A stretch of DNA of 48,840 nucleotides, taken from positions 1 to 48,840 of the forward strand of contig NW_021834428.1 of assembly GCF_006345805.1 (NCBI RefSeq), read 5' to 3'. Each line of letters opens with the position of its first letter. The stretch's first letter is position 1. The notes beneath the pieces were generated by a model that searched no databases, was not told the DNA's origin, and worked only from the letters and a program-made list of their open reading frames with translations. The translations under genes were made by a program, and so were the position numbers. The DNA is from Octopus sinensis (taxonomy: Eukaryota). Positions 24,311-36,679 of this stretch are shown here, piece after piece.

Positions 24311-24431
24311 AAGATAAAAGATATCTGCTCGTGAAAAATAAATATATAAATATATAAGACAAAAGAGATACGAATATCAAGGAAGAACATTATTTACCAC
24401 ACAGCCACTCCTACGCCTATATAAAATAACT

Positions 24432-24658
24432 ATTTCTTTATTACCCACAAGGAGCTAAACATAGAGGAGACAAACAAGGACAGACGTAGGTATTAAGTCG
24501 ATTATATCGACCCCAGTGCGTAACTGGTACTTAATTTATCGACCCCGAAAGGATGAAAGGCAAAGTCGACCTCGGGTGAATTTGAACTCAGAACGTAACG
24601 GCAGACGAAATACCGCTAAACATTTCGCCCGGCTTGCTAACGATTCTGCCATCTCGCC
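24432..24658 (-). mobile_element. SINE family B, single copy with 14-bp TSD
   Basis: TATATAAAATAACT at 24418-24431 and 24659-24672. Confidence 0.9.
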
Positions 24659-24765
24659 TATATAAAATAACTTTTAATTCTTTGATATTATATCTTATAA
24701 GCTTACTTTACATTTGTTACTATATCACAACAGGGGCGATACGATATCGTACGCGATTTAAAATA

Positions 24766-25191
24766 TATATTTCTTTACTGCCCACAAGGGGCTACACACA
24801 GAGGGGACAAACAAGGACAGACAAACGGATTAAGTCGAAGCACGCCGGGTGAAACGCGTAGCCGTATTTCGTCTGCCGTGAAGTGTTCTGGGTTCAAATT
24901 ACGCCGAGGTCGACTTTGCCTTTCATCCTTTCGGGGTCGATAAATTAAGTACCAGTTACGCACTGCGGTCCCTTTGTCTGTCCTTGTTTGTCCCCTCTAT
25001 GTTTAGCCCCTTGAGGGTAGTAAAGAAATATATATCGACGCCAGTGCGTAACTGGTACTTAATTTATCGACCCCGAAAGGATTAAAGGCAAAGTCGACCT
25101 CGGCGGAATTTGAACTCAGAACGTAACGGCAGACGAAATACGGCTACGCATTTCGCCCGGCGTGCTAACGCTTCTGCCAGCTCGCCGCCTT
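24766..25191. mobile_element. SINE family B (minus) with an antisense family B copy (24839-25030, plus) nested inside it
   Basis: Tail 24766-24838 and head part 25033-25191 are on the minus strand, split at the GTCGA...TCGAC palindrome. Confidence 0.85.
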
Positions 25192-25404
25192 AAAAATATC
25201 ATTTGATATACTGCTCCGAAAAGAACAGTTGTAAGATTTTAACTCGACATGTTTCAGCTGTTAAAATTAAGTGAAACTGAGTTGTCTCCCATGAACCAGG
25301 AATTTCAAAAGATTAGCGTGGAGAGTAGACACGACCAAACGGTGCAATGAGACATTGCAGGATATTGTTAACTGGGCTATAGAGTGCTTTTATCTTTTAT
25401 CGTC

Positions 25405-25741
25405 TCTTATTTACTTCAGTCATTAAACAGCGGCCATGCTGGAGCACCGCCTCGAGAAAGTTTTAGCCGAATAAATCGACTGTAGTAGCTTTTCTTTTTT
25501 CTTTTAAACCTGGTGATTATTTTTCGGTCTGTTCTGCCGAACCTCAACTACAGGGCCGTAAACACACCAACAGGGTTGTCAGTCGGTAGTGGGACACGTG
25601 TGTGTGTGTGTGTGTGTGTGTGAGAGACGGGGGCTTCTTTCAGTTACCATCTATCAAGTCCACTCACAAAGCTTTGGTCGGCCCGAAGCTAAGGCGCCAT
25701 GTAGTGAGACTGAATCCTGAACCAAGCTTCTTACCACACAG
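25405..25741 (-). mobile_element. SINE family A, diverged
   Basis: GCGGCCATGCTGGAGCACCGCC tail and CTTCTTACCACACAG head on the reverse strand. Confidence 0.8.
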
Positions 25742-25764
25742 GTGAATAGATGTCGGTTGACTAA

Positions 25765-25782
25765 CTAGACAGACAGACAGAC

Positions 25783-25817
<35 letters not shown>

Positions 25818-25858
25818 CAGACAGACGGATAGATAGATAGACAGACAGACAGACGGAC

Positions 25859-25905
<47 letters not shown>

Positions 25906-25988
25906 CAGACGGACGGACGGACGGACGGACGGACGGACAGACAGACAGACAGACAGACAGATAGATAGATAGATAGATAGACGGATAA

Positions 25989-26036
<48 letters not shown>

Positions 26037-26083
26037 GTAGATAGATAGATAGACAGACAGACGGACGGACGGACGGACGGACG

Positions 26084-26159
<76 letters not shown>

Positions 26160-26185
26160 TAGATAGATAGATAGACAGACAGACA
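25765..26185. repeat. Compound (GATA)n/(GACA)n/(GACG)n microsatellite
   Basis: Direct inspection. Confidence 0.95.
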
Positions 26186-26857
26186 TGCCCGAAAGGCACA
26201 GTTTCAATCAACAAAAATTCATTTACAAAACTTTGTTCGGCCCTGAACTATAGAAGAAGGCATCTGCTTAAAGTGCCGTGGAGTGGGACTGAACCCGGAA
26301 ATTGGTGGTTACGAAAGAAACTTCTTAACTGCACAGTTATGTCTGAACCTACTAAACAGTATTAACATTGTTTTATTCGATGAAAGCTAGAAACCCTTTA
26401 TTTTGGCCCCACATACATTAACACATACGAGTCGTTATTAACGACAGAACCAGTTTTTGTTCAGAATAATCTGCATATCTTATTTAATATGTCTATTCTA
26501 TAGAAAGCCACAAAACTGCAGTATGTACTAAGAAAGCTTCTTGTATAGACATATACTGCTAAAAAGCGCAGGAGAATATCAGTCGCGGACAAAAAGTGCT
26601 TAGCAGCAGCGGTGGGATGGATAAATCTCGATTTCTGCGTCTTCAGTAGCAAGTATCCATTATCAGCCGCATGCTTAGACAAATTTCACTTCTATTGATA
26701 TAGAAAACCAATGATTAACCAATCGGTGGTATCGCAAAAAGCTTGTCGGCGGGATAAAAATTCGCCAAGAAAAGTCACTCTACGATCATCTTTAGCCATA
26801 GCAATGTTTAGTCCTAAATTCTAATAAAACCTAAAGAAATTGTTCCTATGCCTTTAT

Positions 26858-27440
26858 TATTTCTTTATTGCCCACAAGGGGCTAAACATAGAGGGGACAA
26901 ACAAGGGATACAGTCGATTACATCGGACCAAGTTCGTAACTGGTACTTAATTTATCGACCCCGAAAGGATGAAAGACAAAGTCGACCTCGGCGGAATTTG
27001 AACTCAGAACGTAACAGCAGACGAAATACCTATTTCTTTACTACCCACAAGGGGCTAAACACAGAGAGGACACACAAGGACAGGCAAACGGATTAAGTCG
27101 ATTATATCGACCCCAGTGCGTAACTGGTACTTATTTAATCGACCCCGAAAGAATGAAAGGCAAAGTTGACATCGACGGAATTTGAACTCAGAACGTAACA
27201 GCAGACGAAATACCTATTTCTTTACTACCCACAAGGGGCTAAACACAGAGAGGACACACAAGGACAGACAAACGGATTAAGTCGATTATATCGACCCCAG
27301 TGCGTAACTGATACTTATTTATTCGACCCCGAAAGTATGAAAGGCAAAGTCGACCTCGGCGGAATTTGAACTTAGAGGCAGACGAAATACCGCTAAGCAT
27401 TTCGCCCGGTATGCTAACGTTTCTGCCAGCTCGCCGCCTT
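26858..27440 (-). mobile_element. SINE family B tandem array: head plus three bodies
   Basis: Junctions at 27029 and 27213, spaced 184 bp. Confidence 0.92.
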
Positions 27441-27692
27441 TCTTTAGGTGTAAGGAATTCATTTACTAAAAGGAAAATGTTGTTTTATAAAGGTTTCACG
27501 ATAATAAGTAATAAAACTAAATAATTGTTTCAGATTCAGACGGACACCACATGATGGATGTTGTTTTCCACACTTGATTTTGACAAATGTTAATTCAATA
27601 CGAACAAATTGATGTCAATAAAATTTGTTTGCAGCTAAAATTAATGATTTTGTGAATTTTTCAAAAACGTCCGTCCTCTCTACCCCACCCTG

Positions 27693-27895
27693 TACCAGGA
27701 CCTAGCCAGAGAGATTGAAAGGATCGCGGAAGAATTTGATGACACTTTTTCCTGTGGCAATTGGTGTACTTGGCACAACACCAAAACTGCAAAAGGATAT
27801 CAGAATCGAGACTCGCATCGCATCGTATCGTCGACCTGCAGAAAAGTGCAATCCTGCATTCTGCCAAAATCCTAAGAAATATTCCGGAACAAGAA
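27693..27895 (+). mobile_element. R4/Dong-like LINE, C-terminal RLE fragment
   Basis: YQDLAREIER...PVAIGVLGTTP...DLQKSAILHSAKILRN across frameshifts. Confidence 0.75.
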
Positions 27896-28444
27896 ATACG
27901 GGGCAATTCTTTCTCTCCGTTGTTGTAAACACTTCTGCCCAATCCTCCACCCGTCACGATTTTTAATAAGATAGCAATAATTATTTCTTTGATGTTGTAT
28001 GGCGAACAGAAAGAGAAATTCACCGCCAACCCAACACTACACCATCCTCATACTCCATCAGATTGACAGACTGACACAGAACATGTTCAGCCCATTAAAT
28101 GAACATAAAAGAGAAACATGTGATACCCGACACCCTTAACTCAAACATGGCATTCTGTAGGAATATTTTTGTCGATCTTTTGGTGAGATGAAAACTCGTC
28201 TACGTTGAAGTTCCTTCATCTTTATTCTGTTTAAACACATCAATAATTCTTTCATTTTCATTCTTTGTTAACGGTTTTGGTCATTAGGCCGTGGCCATGC
28301 TGGGGCACCACCGCCTTGGAGAGCTTAGCCGATCATAGAGACAACCAGAACTTATTTTTAAGTCGGGTACATATTTTAATCATGGTTATTTGTCAGGATA
28401 CTAACCATAAATAAGCAAACATACACATGGGCACAACCTTATAC

Positions 28445-29215
28445 ACAGTGGCACCTTGGGTCACTGTCTTCTGCTATGACCTCAGGCCAACCAAAGACTT
28501 GTGGGATCTTTTCGGTTTGAACGGCAGTATTTTTAAAATAATTTCCACGTAACTAAACACTTTTAAACTTCGTATACTGCTAGAATGTGTTTATAAAACA
28601 TCTTTTTCTCTTGGCTTTATTGAGAAAATTCTATAGTTTGTAAGATATTTGTTGGGTTTTTTTCTTCAATTTCTGCAATTTCAACCAATCAATGACGTCT
28701 ATTGAGGTGAAAATATTCTGTACCGTATGAATATGTCCCTCGTTTAAGAAACAGATTGGATTTATTTACATTTCGAAAGAAAAAAAGATACCCTTCCCCC
28801 CACTCCTAACCCTAACTAACCCTAACCCTAACCCTAAAACAGATTGAAATGCAATAGATCGATACTAGGGTCACAATTATGGGTGACAATTTCATATGAC
28901 ACCGCTAGAAAAAAACTGCCGTTCAAACCGAAAAGCTCCGACTTGTGAATAGATTTGGTAGACAGAGACTGAAAGAAGCCTGTCTTCTTTGTGTGTGTCT
29001 GTGTCTTTGTGCCTGTGTTTGTTCCCCACCAGCACCGTGTGAAAACCAGTACTGGTGGGTTTACATCCCCGTAACTTAGCGGTTTGGTAAAAGAGACCGT
29101 TAGAATAAGTACCAAACTTTAAAGAAAATAAATACTGCAGTCGACACATTCGAGTAAAGCTTCTTCAAGGCAATGCGCCAGTCTAATGACTGAAGCAAGT
29201 AAAAAATAAATAAAT
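28445..29215 (+). mobile_element. SINE family A split by a MITE insertion
   Basis: Family A body resumes after the MITE (GACTTGTG duplicated). Confidence 0.8.
28504..28939 (-). mobile_element. Merlin-like MITE, second copy in opposite orientation
   Basis: Same TIRs; 8-bp TSD GACTTGTG at 28496-28503 and 28940-28947; (CCCTAA)n at ~28805-28836. Confidence 0.88.
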
Positions 29216-29288
29216 AAATAAATGGGCACACATTCACACACGTACATACATATCCATGTTTATGTGTGTATGTATATTATATATGCAT

Positions 29289-29676
29289 ACTAGCAGTATC
29301 GCCCGGCGTTGCTCGGGTTTGTAAGGGAAATAACTATATAAGCATTTTTAGAGAGTTATAGCCAAAGAATAGCAAAAAAATGCATTAAAAATGGAAAAAA
29401 ATGATGGTAAATTTTTTTTTAAATCGTTGACTCATCGTAGACATTTTTAGAGAGTTACTTCCCTTATATAATAGCGAAAAAATGCATTAAAATGGAAAAA
29501 ATGATGGTAAATTTTTTTTTAAATCGTAGACTCATCGTAGACGCGCGCTAATACCCAGAAGGGCTCGATATGAATCACGACTATAAGATACCCGGTTTTG
29601 GTTAAACTGCACCGCAAAATGTGGGAGTAGTTAGGAATCTAAATCGTAGGAGACAGACACACAACCTCACTTTTAT
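29289..29676 (+). mobile_element. Non-autonomous Helitron/Helentron-like element
   Basis: 5' ACTAG followed by the hairpin CCCGGCGTTGCTCGGG; internal ~110-bp tandem duplication; 3' CAGACAC...CTTTTAT end as in DINE-1/HINE-type elements. Confidence 0.55.
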
Positions 29677-29922
29677 AATCGACTTAATCCGTTTGTCTGT
29701 CCTTATTTGGAACCTCTATGTTTAGCCCCTTGTGGGCAATAAAGAAATATATTTATCACACAATGCTATATTTGAAATATTAAGAATAGCATCAATCCCT
29801 CATGGGTGGGACACTCAATAACTGGTTCAGGAGCATCCGGTGGTGCAGTTGTATCTCGTCGAATGATAAATAGATGGAATTCGTCAGAATAACAGTTCCG
29901 TAATGTAGCTTCTCGTTTTGTA

Positions 29923-30489
29923 TTGGGTTGTCCGGAAAGTTCGTGCCGATTTATAGTAGCTTACCTTTCGACATATTTTAGAACATGGTTGAATCCATAA
30001 AATAGGATTTGACTACACCTCCATTTAGAGCACAGTTTAAGCTATCTTTCCGTGGAAGAAGGTTTATGTTCCTATAACCTGTGTTAATTTTGTAACCATT
30101 TAAAACGGAAGATAAGAAAGTTCATTTTTGGCACTTGATGCTTTGGGAACCAGACAAAAATTGCTGCAGCTCGGCTGGGATGTGTTACCCTACCTTCCAT
30201 ATTCACCAGATGTTGCTCCTTCGGATTTCCACTTATTCAGGTCTCTGCAGAATAGTCTTAATGGTAAAAATTTCAGTTCCTTGGATGACGTAAAAAGATA
30301 CCTTGATGAATTCTTTGCCATGAAACCACCTCAATTCTGAGAAGAGGGTATTTTTCAAGTTAAAGGAAAGATGGAGACGCATTGTGCAACAAAATGGTTC
30401 ATATTTGGTTGATTAGAAATGTAATGGCAAGTATTTATTGACCTTTTTCTTTCCTTCAAAAATCGGCAAGAACTTTCCGGACAATCCAA
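29923..30489 (+). mobile_element. mariner (D,D34D) internal-deletion derivative
   Basis: ~30-bp TIRs TTGGGTTGTCCGGAAAGTTCGTGCCGATTT / AAATCGGCAAGAACTTTCCGGACAATCCAA with TA TSD; N-terminal EDKKVHF.HLML fused to C-terminal LGWDVLPYLPYSPDVAPSDFHLFRSLQNSL. Confidence 0.93.
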
Positions 30490-30516
30490 TAGAAAGAAAA
30501 ACAGCCAGACGGAGGA

Positions 30517-30848
30517 AAGTACTTATTCTATCGGTCTCTTTTGCCGAACCGCTAAGTTACGGGGACCTAAACACACCAGCATCGATTGTCAAGCGATGTT
30601 GGGGGGGACAAACAGATACACAACATACACACACATATATATATATATACACACACACACATACACACACACATATATATATATACGACGGGCTTCTTTC
30701 AGTTTCCGTCTACCAAATCCACTCACAAGGCTTTGGTCGGCCCGAGGCTATAGCAGAAGACACTTGCCCAAGGAGCCATGCAGTGGGACCGAACCCAGAG
30801 TAGTGTGACTAAGAAGCAAGCTTCTTACCACACAGCCCCTCCTACGCC
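30517..30848 (-). mobile_element. SINE family A
   Basis: Reverse-strand match to the family A head and body. Confidence 0.88.
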
Positions 30849-31294
30849 TTCCGATACTGTACAAAACTTTCCATTGGTCTGTGAATTGTTTTAATAAGAA
30901 AACCTAAATAAAAAGACTTGTATTACTTCTAAGACACCCCGCACAAGTACAAACATACAAAGCTACGGAGGAGATGTCTTGAGAGCTTGTTTGTAAAACA
31001 TGCAACGCCTGTTCTCACCGCACGACCTGCGTCCATTAAAGTTACCAACAGCTGAGTTCAGGCGTTCCAAGCTCTTACAAACCTTTCAGCCGTTCAGGTC
31101 TTCAGCCTTTTAAGTTGTTGTCGATCGCATTTCCTCATTTCTGGAAGAGTTAGACCCACTGCTGATCAATAAACTGCTCACCCGTCGTTTACTTGAGATA
31201 GGAATAATATTTTGGATAAACAACCACGAAATCTTGTACTTCAGTCATATATACGCCTGTACGCGCGGATCTGTGTGTATGTACGTGAGACTAG

Positions 31295-31361
31295 ACATAC
31301 ATACATACATACATACATACATACATACATACAAACATACACATATACTATATATATATGT

Positions 31362-31393
<32 letters not shown>

Positions 31394-31452
31394 ATACATT
31401 CATAAATACACACTCATATGATTATACACACACACAGACAGACAAATATGTT

Positions 31453-31492
<40 letters not shown>

Positions 31493-31576
31493 TATACATA
31501 TATATATATGTGTGTGTCTATATATATACATACACACGCGCACATATATATATATGTATGTCTGTGTGTGTTTGTC

Positions 31577-31655
<79 letters not shown>

Positions 31656-31706
31656 CATAAACACGCGCACATATATATATATATATGTATGTCTGTGTGT
31701 GTGTGA

Positions 31707-31760
<54 letters not shown>

Positions 31761-31771
31761 ACATATATGTG

Positions 31772-31815
<44 letters not shown>

Positions 31816-31885
31816 CACACGCTCACATATATATGCGCGTGTGTCTGTGTGTGCGCGCGCACGCTCACACATATGCATGTCTGTA

Positions 31886-31928
<43 letters not shown>

Positions 31929-31940
31929 CATCCCTCCCTC
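31295..31940. repeat. Compound (CATA)/(GT)/(TA)/(CT) microsatellite block
   Basis: Direct inspection. Confidence 0.95.
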
Positions 31941-32413
31941 CTCTACACACATCACTTGGCACATAAATGTATATTTATTTATTCACAACTGTAATGTTTC
32001 AAAGTATAAAATTGTTTATTTACTCGTTTGTACCGCTACAACTTTGGAATTACTAAACACGGTGGTGCCCGCGGTGGTGGTAGTGGCGGTGGCGGTGGTG
32101 GTGACGGTAACGGTTTTCTTGCTGTTGATGATGATGATGATGATGGCGGCAATGGTGGTGGTTGTGGTGGTGGTGGTGGTGATAATGACCGTAGCAGCGA
32201 TGTTAGTGTTGATGGTTCAACGATGTACTTGGTGCCATGAAGCCATAACAGAAATCGCCTTTCTAAATAAATAAACTCAAAACTACATCCAGTGAGTAAA
32301 TGAGTAAATGAGTAGCGAGCGAGTACACTGACTTTAGTTTCAATTATTCAACATCATATCTGTCTGTCTGTCTGTCTACTTAAGTATATTTTTGTTTCAA
32401 TATTTATCTGTAA

Positions 32414-33012
32414 AAGGCGGCGAGCTGGCAGACACGTTAGCACGCCGGGCGAAATGCGTAGCCGTATTTCGTCTGCCGTTACGCTCTGAGTTCAAATTCC
32501 GCCGAGGTTGACTTTGCCTTTCATCCTTTCGGGGTCGATTAATTAAGTACCAGTTGCGCACTGGGGTCCAAGTAATCGACTTAATCCGTTTGTCTGTCCT
32601 TGTTTGTCCCCTCTATGTTTAGCCCTTTGTGGGTAGTAAAGAAATACGCATTTCCTCTGCCGCTACGTTCTGAGTTCAAATTCCGCCGAGTTTGACTTTG
32701 CCTTTCATGCTTTCGTGGTCGATAAATTAAGTACCAGTTACGCATTAGGGTCGATATAATCGACTTAATCCGTTTGTCTGTCCTTGTTAGTCCCCTCTGT
32801 GTTTAGCCCCTTGTGGGTAGTAAAGAAATAGGTATTTCGTCTGCCGTTACGTTCTGAGTTCAAATTCCGCCGAGGTCGGCTTTGCCTTTCATCCTTTCGA
32901 GGTCGATAAATTAAGTACCAGTTACGCACTGGGGTCGATATAATCAACTTAATCCGTTTGTCTGTCCTTGTTTGTCCCCTCTGTGTGTAGCCCCTTGTGG
33001 GTAGTAAAGAAA
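32414..33012 (+). mobile_element. SINE family B tandem array: head plus three bodies, followed by a related B' copy to ~33195
   Basis: Junctions at ~32646 and 32831. Confidence 0.92.
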
Positions 33013-33247
33013 TGAGAAATGCTTAGCAGTATTTCGTCTGTCTTTATGTTTTGAGTCCCAATTCCGCCGAGGTCGACTTTGTCTGTCACCCTTTCGTGAT
33101 CGATATATTAAGTACCAGTTGCGTGTTGGAATCGATCTAATCGACTGACCCCTCCCCCTAAATTTCGGGCCTTGTGCCTAGATTAGAAATGAATTATCTG
33201 TAGTTATCTGTCTGTATCTATCAGTACAGCTTGAATGCTTCTCATCA

Positions 33248-33306
<59 letters not shown>

Positions 33307-33307
33307 A

Positions 33308-33392
<85 letters not shown>

Positions 33393-33431
33393 CCTATCTA
33401 TCTATCTACCTATCTATCTATCTATCTAGAT

Positions 33432-33632
33432 CAGTGCTTTTCAAACTTTTTACTGGAGCGGAACCCCAAGGAAACATTCCACTGGCTTGAGGAACTCCTG
33501 TGCAATAGTTTAATAGTCTTATGCACACATATCTGCACAGGAGACTTAAAAATTACTGCCGATTTTAGCAGTTTTGTAACTTCTTGCGGAACCCCTGCAC
33601 TGTACTGGCGGAACCCTGGTTGAAAACCACTG
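33432..33632. mobile_element. hAT (Charlie-like) MITE, 201 bp
   Basis: TIRs CAGTGCTTTTCAAAC / GGTTGAAAACCACTG; 8-bp TSD ATCTAGAT at 33424-33431 and 33633-33640, fitting the NTCTAGAN preference of Charlie-type hATs. Confidence 0.9.
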
Positions 33633-33709
33633 ATCTAGATAAATAGATAGATAGATAGATAGATAGATATAGATAGATAGATAGAGAGATAGATATTCCT
33701 GACCAACTT

Positions 33710-33900
33710 CTTTAAGTTTCATTTGGAAAGGAAAATAAGGGTAGAGAGAGAAGTGTTGTCTTCCAACCAGTTTTCTGAAAGGTGGATGAAAGTGGCGAGA
33801 ATGGTGCGCATATGCCTGTAGTTGGAAAAAAGGTACCTGCCCAAAAGTGAAGGTACCCAAGGCTTTTTATGGTTTTTTTTTTCCATAAGCAACCCTCGAA
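33710..33900 (+). mobile_element. Probable Tx1/L1-like ORF2 C-terminus plus start of 3' UTR
   Basis: KFHLERKIRVEREVLSSNQFSERWMKVARM* is homologous to the 36686 copy. Confidence 0.55.
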
Positions 33901-34639
33901 GTCTGTGGAAGGAAGGAGACGGTGGAGAAGGTGGTCGAGAAGGTGGAGGAAGAGGTTTTGTGGGGGAGAAAGCAAAAAAAAAAAAATCGGCTGTAAAGTG
34001 GGTGAAACGGGTGTTTGTTCAATAGAGTGTGTGAGGGTGGGACAGGGGTATGTGGTTGTCCCTAGTGGTACTGTTGTTGTTGCTGTTGTATGTTTGTGTG
34101 TGTGGGGGGGAGGGTGCCAGATATTACATTACATTTCTTCAATAACACCTGACCCCAGATGTTCGTGTTATTTCACCCCCACTTCTACCCGCTTTCACTG
34201 CCTCCACACCATATTCCCCTATAACCCCTCTTTTCTCTCTTCCTCTCTCTCTGTTTCTGTCTCCTCCTTCTCTCTCTCCTCATCTTTCTCCTCATATATC
34301 TCTCTCCTCATCTCTCTCTCTCTCCTCATATCTCTCTCTCTCTCTCCTCATCTCTCCCTCTCTCTCTCCCTGTCTTTGTCACTCGCTTTTGCTTTCACAC
34401 ATTATTTTCTTGCACACATTCCTTCACACACATCCACACATGTACATACACACATGTACATACACACGCTCATTCACACGCACACACACACACACACTGT
34501 CCCCTTCTCTCTTTCACTCTCTTCCTCACTAACGCACGCGCGCACGGATGTACATACACAGGTACACACACCTATTTCCACAATGGAATTGTCTCGCCTG
34601 CTCTCTCTCACAAACACACACACTTGCATGTCAAGCACT

Positions 34640-35820
34640 CGACAGTGAGTAGTGGTGGTGGTGGTGGTGGTTTTGTTGTTGTTGGTGGTGTTGTTGTTAT
34701 TGGTGGTGGTGTTGGTGTTGTTGTTGTTGTTGGTGGTGTTGGTGGTGGTGGTGATATTGGTGGTGGTTGTACTGATAACTCTATCATCAACAACACGAAT
34801 TCTTCCACTGCCGTCATCACCATCACAGCCCTCACCACCACAGCCACTCACTACTTCCACAACCATCATCATCATCATCATCATCACTTTCACCATCACC
34901 ACCAACATAACCACAACTAAAATATCCGCCACTAGTAATATCCCCAACCACAACCATAAACACCCTCTCACCTCAAATACTTTCACCAGGACCATTGGCA
35001 CTCTTACCACTACTACCACCACAACCACCACCACCACCACCACCACCACCAATACCACTACAGCAACTACTACCACCACTACCAGTACCACAAACGAACA
35101 ACTACAACCACTACCATCACCACAATCACCCGAGCCACCACCAACAGAACCACAACCACCACAGAACGACTAACACAACAACTACTACTACCACCACAAC
35201 TACAACAACTGTTTCCAACTCAACCATCACCATCACAACCACTACAACAACTACCACTACTACCACCACTACCAGTGCCACAGATGGACAACTACAACCA
35301 CTACAGCTACCATCACCACAATCACCTGAACCACCACCAACACAACTACAACCACTACAGAACGACTAACACAACTACTACTACTACTACCACCACAACT
35401 ACAACAGCTATTACCAACACAACAATCACCACACAACCACTACAACTACGACTACAACAACTACCACTAACTACCGCCACCGCTACTACAACAATCAATG
35501 CAACAACTATCACCAACACAACCACAACCACCATCACAATTACCACCACTACCACAATCACCACCGCTACCACCGCCGCCACCACCACCGCCACCAACGA
35601 CTTCCTGCGCCACCATAGTAAACATTCTGGTGTCCAGCATGAAAATAAGGGCTCAAGAAAACCCCAGCACAGACACTGAATGTAAACAAGCGTTGCCATA
35701 GAAACAACAGCTACGACGTTCACAGAAATAATAACAGATGTTAGAACAACAACTACTACTACTGCTACCACCACCACCACCACCACCGCAATTACTACTA
35801 CTACTACTATATAAGCAGCT
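34640..35820. repeat. (GGT/GTT)n then (ACC/AAC/ACT)n low-complexity tract containing a ~195-bp higher-order duplication
   Basis: ...ACCACAATCACC(C/T)GA(G/A)CCACCACCAAC...CAGAACGACTAACACAAC occurs twice (~35080-35210 and ~35270-35410). Confidence 0.9.
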
Positions 35821-35827
35821 ACAAAAA

Positions 35828-36215
35828 CAAAAATTACAGCTTGTTTACCAACCACATGGTTCCGGGTTCAGTCCCACTGCGTGGCACCTTGGGCAAGTGT
35901 CTTCTGCTAAAGCCTCGGGTCGACCAAAGCCTTGTGAGTGGATTTGGTAGACGGAAACTGAAAGAAGCCCGTCGTATATATGTATATGCATATGTGTGTG
36001 TATATGTTTGTGTGTCTGTGTTTGTCCCCCCAACATCGCTTGACAACCGATGTTGGTGTGTTTACGCCCCCGTTACTTAGCGGTTCGGCAAGAGAGACCG
36101 ATAGAATAAGTAATAGGCTTACAAAGAATAAGTCATGAGGTCGACTAAAAGGCGGTGCTCCAGCACGGCCGCAGCCAAATGACTGAAACAAGTAAAAGAG
36201 TAAAAGAGTAAAAGA
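35828..36215 (+). mobile_element. SINE family A, 5'-truncated
   Basis: Body and (AAAAGAGT)n tail. Confidence 0.9.
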
Positions 36216-36253
36216 GAGAGTTTGAATTGTTAACATTATTAACAGCACTTTTG

Positions 36254-36500
36254 TGCCGTGTAGCTCAGTGGTTAGAGCGTCGAGCTTACGATCGTGAGGT
36301 TGTGAGTTCGAATCCCGGACTGGGCTGCGTGTTGTGTTCTCGGCTGTTGTACAACCCTTGGATGACACTGGTGGCATGGGGAAGGGAGGCTGGTATGCAT
36401 GGGCGACTGCTGGCCTTCCATAAACCACCTTGCCCGGACTTGTACCTTGGAGGGTAACTTTCTAGGTGCAATCCCACGGTTAGTCATGACCGAAAGGGGT
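36254..36500 (+). mobile_element. tRNA-derived SINE (well-preserved A/B boxes, distinct tail)
   Basis: TAGCTCAGTGGTTAGAGCG and GAGTTCGAATCCC boxes, but no acceptor-stem closure; continues into SINE-like body. Confidence 0.75.
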
Positions 36501-36679
36501 CCTCATGTTTTTATTCATTCAATTTTGGCCGACATGTTTTTCTGTCGTCTTCATATGACAGAGACACACACACATGTACATTTATACATGCACATACACA
36601 TACGTTTGTGTGTGTGTATATATTCTATTGCGTTTTGGGAGAGTCATTAAGTCAATAATGATAAACACATGCACTATTT

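Noticed and set aside
26461-26760. 73-aa minus-strand ORF in complex sequence
   Set aside because: No motif, no splice signals and no ATG start; cannot be supported.
1681-33000. Recurrent ORFs starting MRNWY(F/L)IYRPRKDERQSRPRRN
   Set aside because: These are antisense translations of SINE B copies, with variable stops and frameshifts and no ATG start.
36254-36330. Functional tRNA gene
   Set aside because: It has A/B boxes, but the anticodon and acceptor stems do not pair and the sequence continues into a SINE body.
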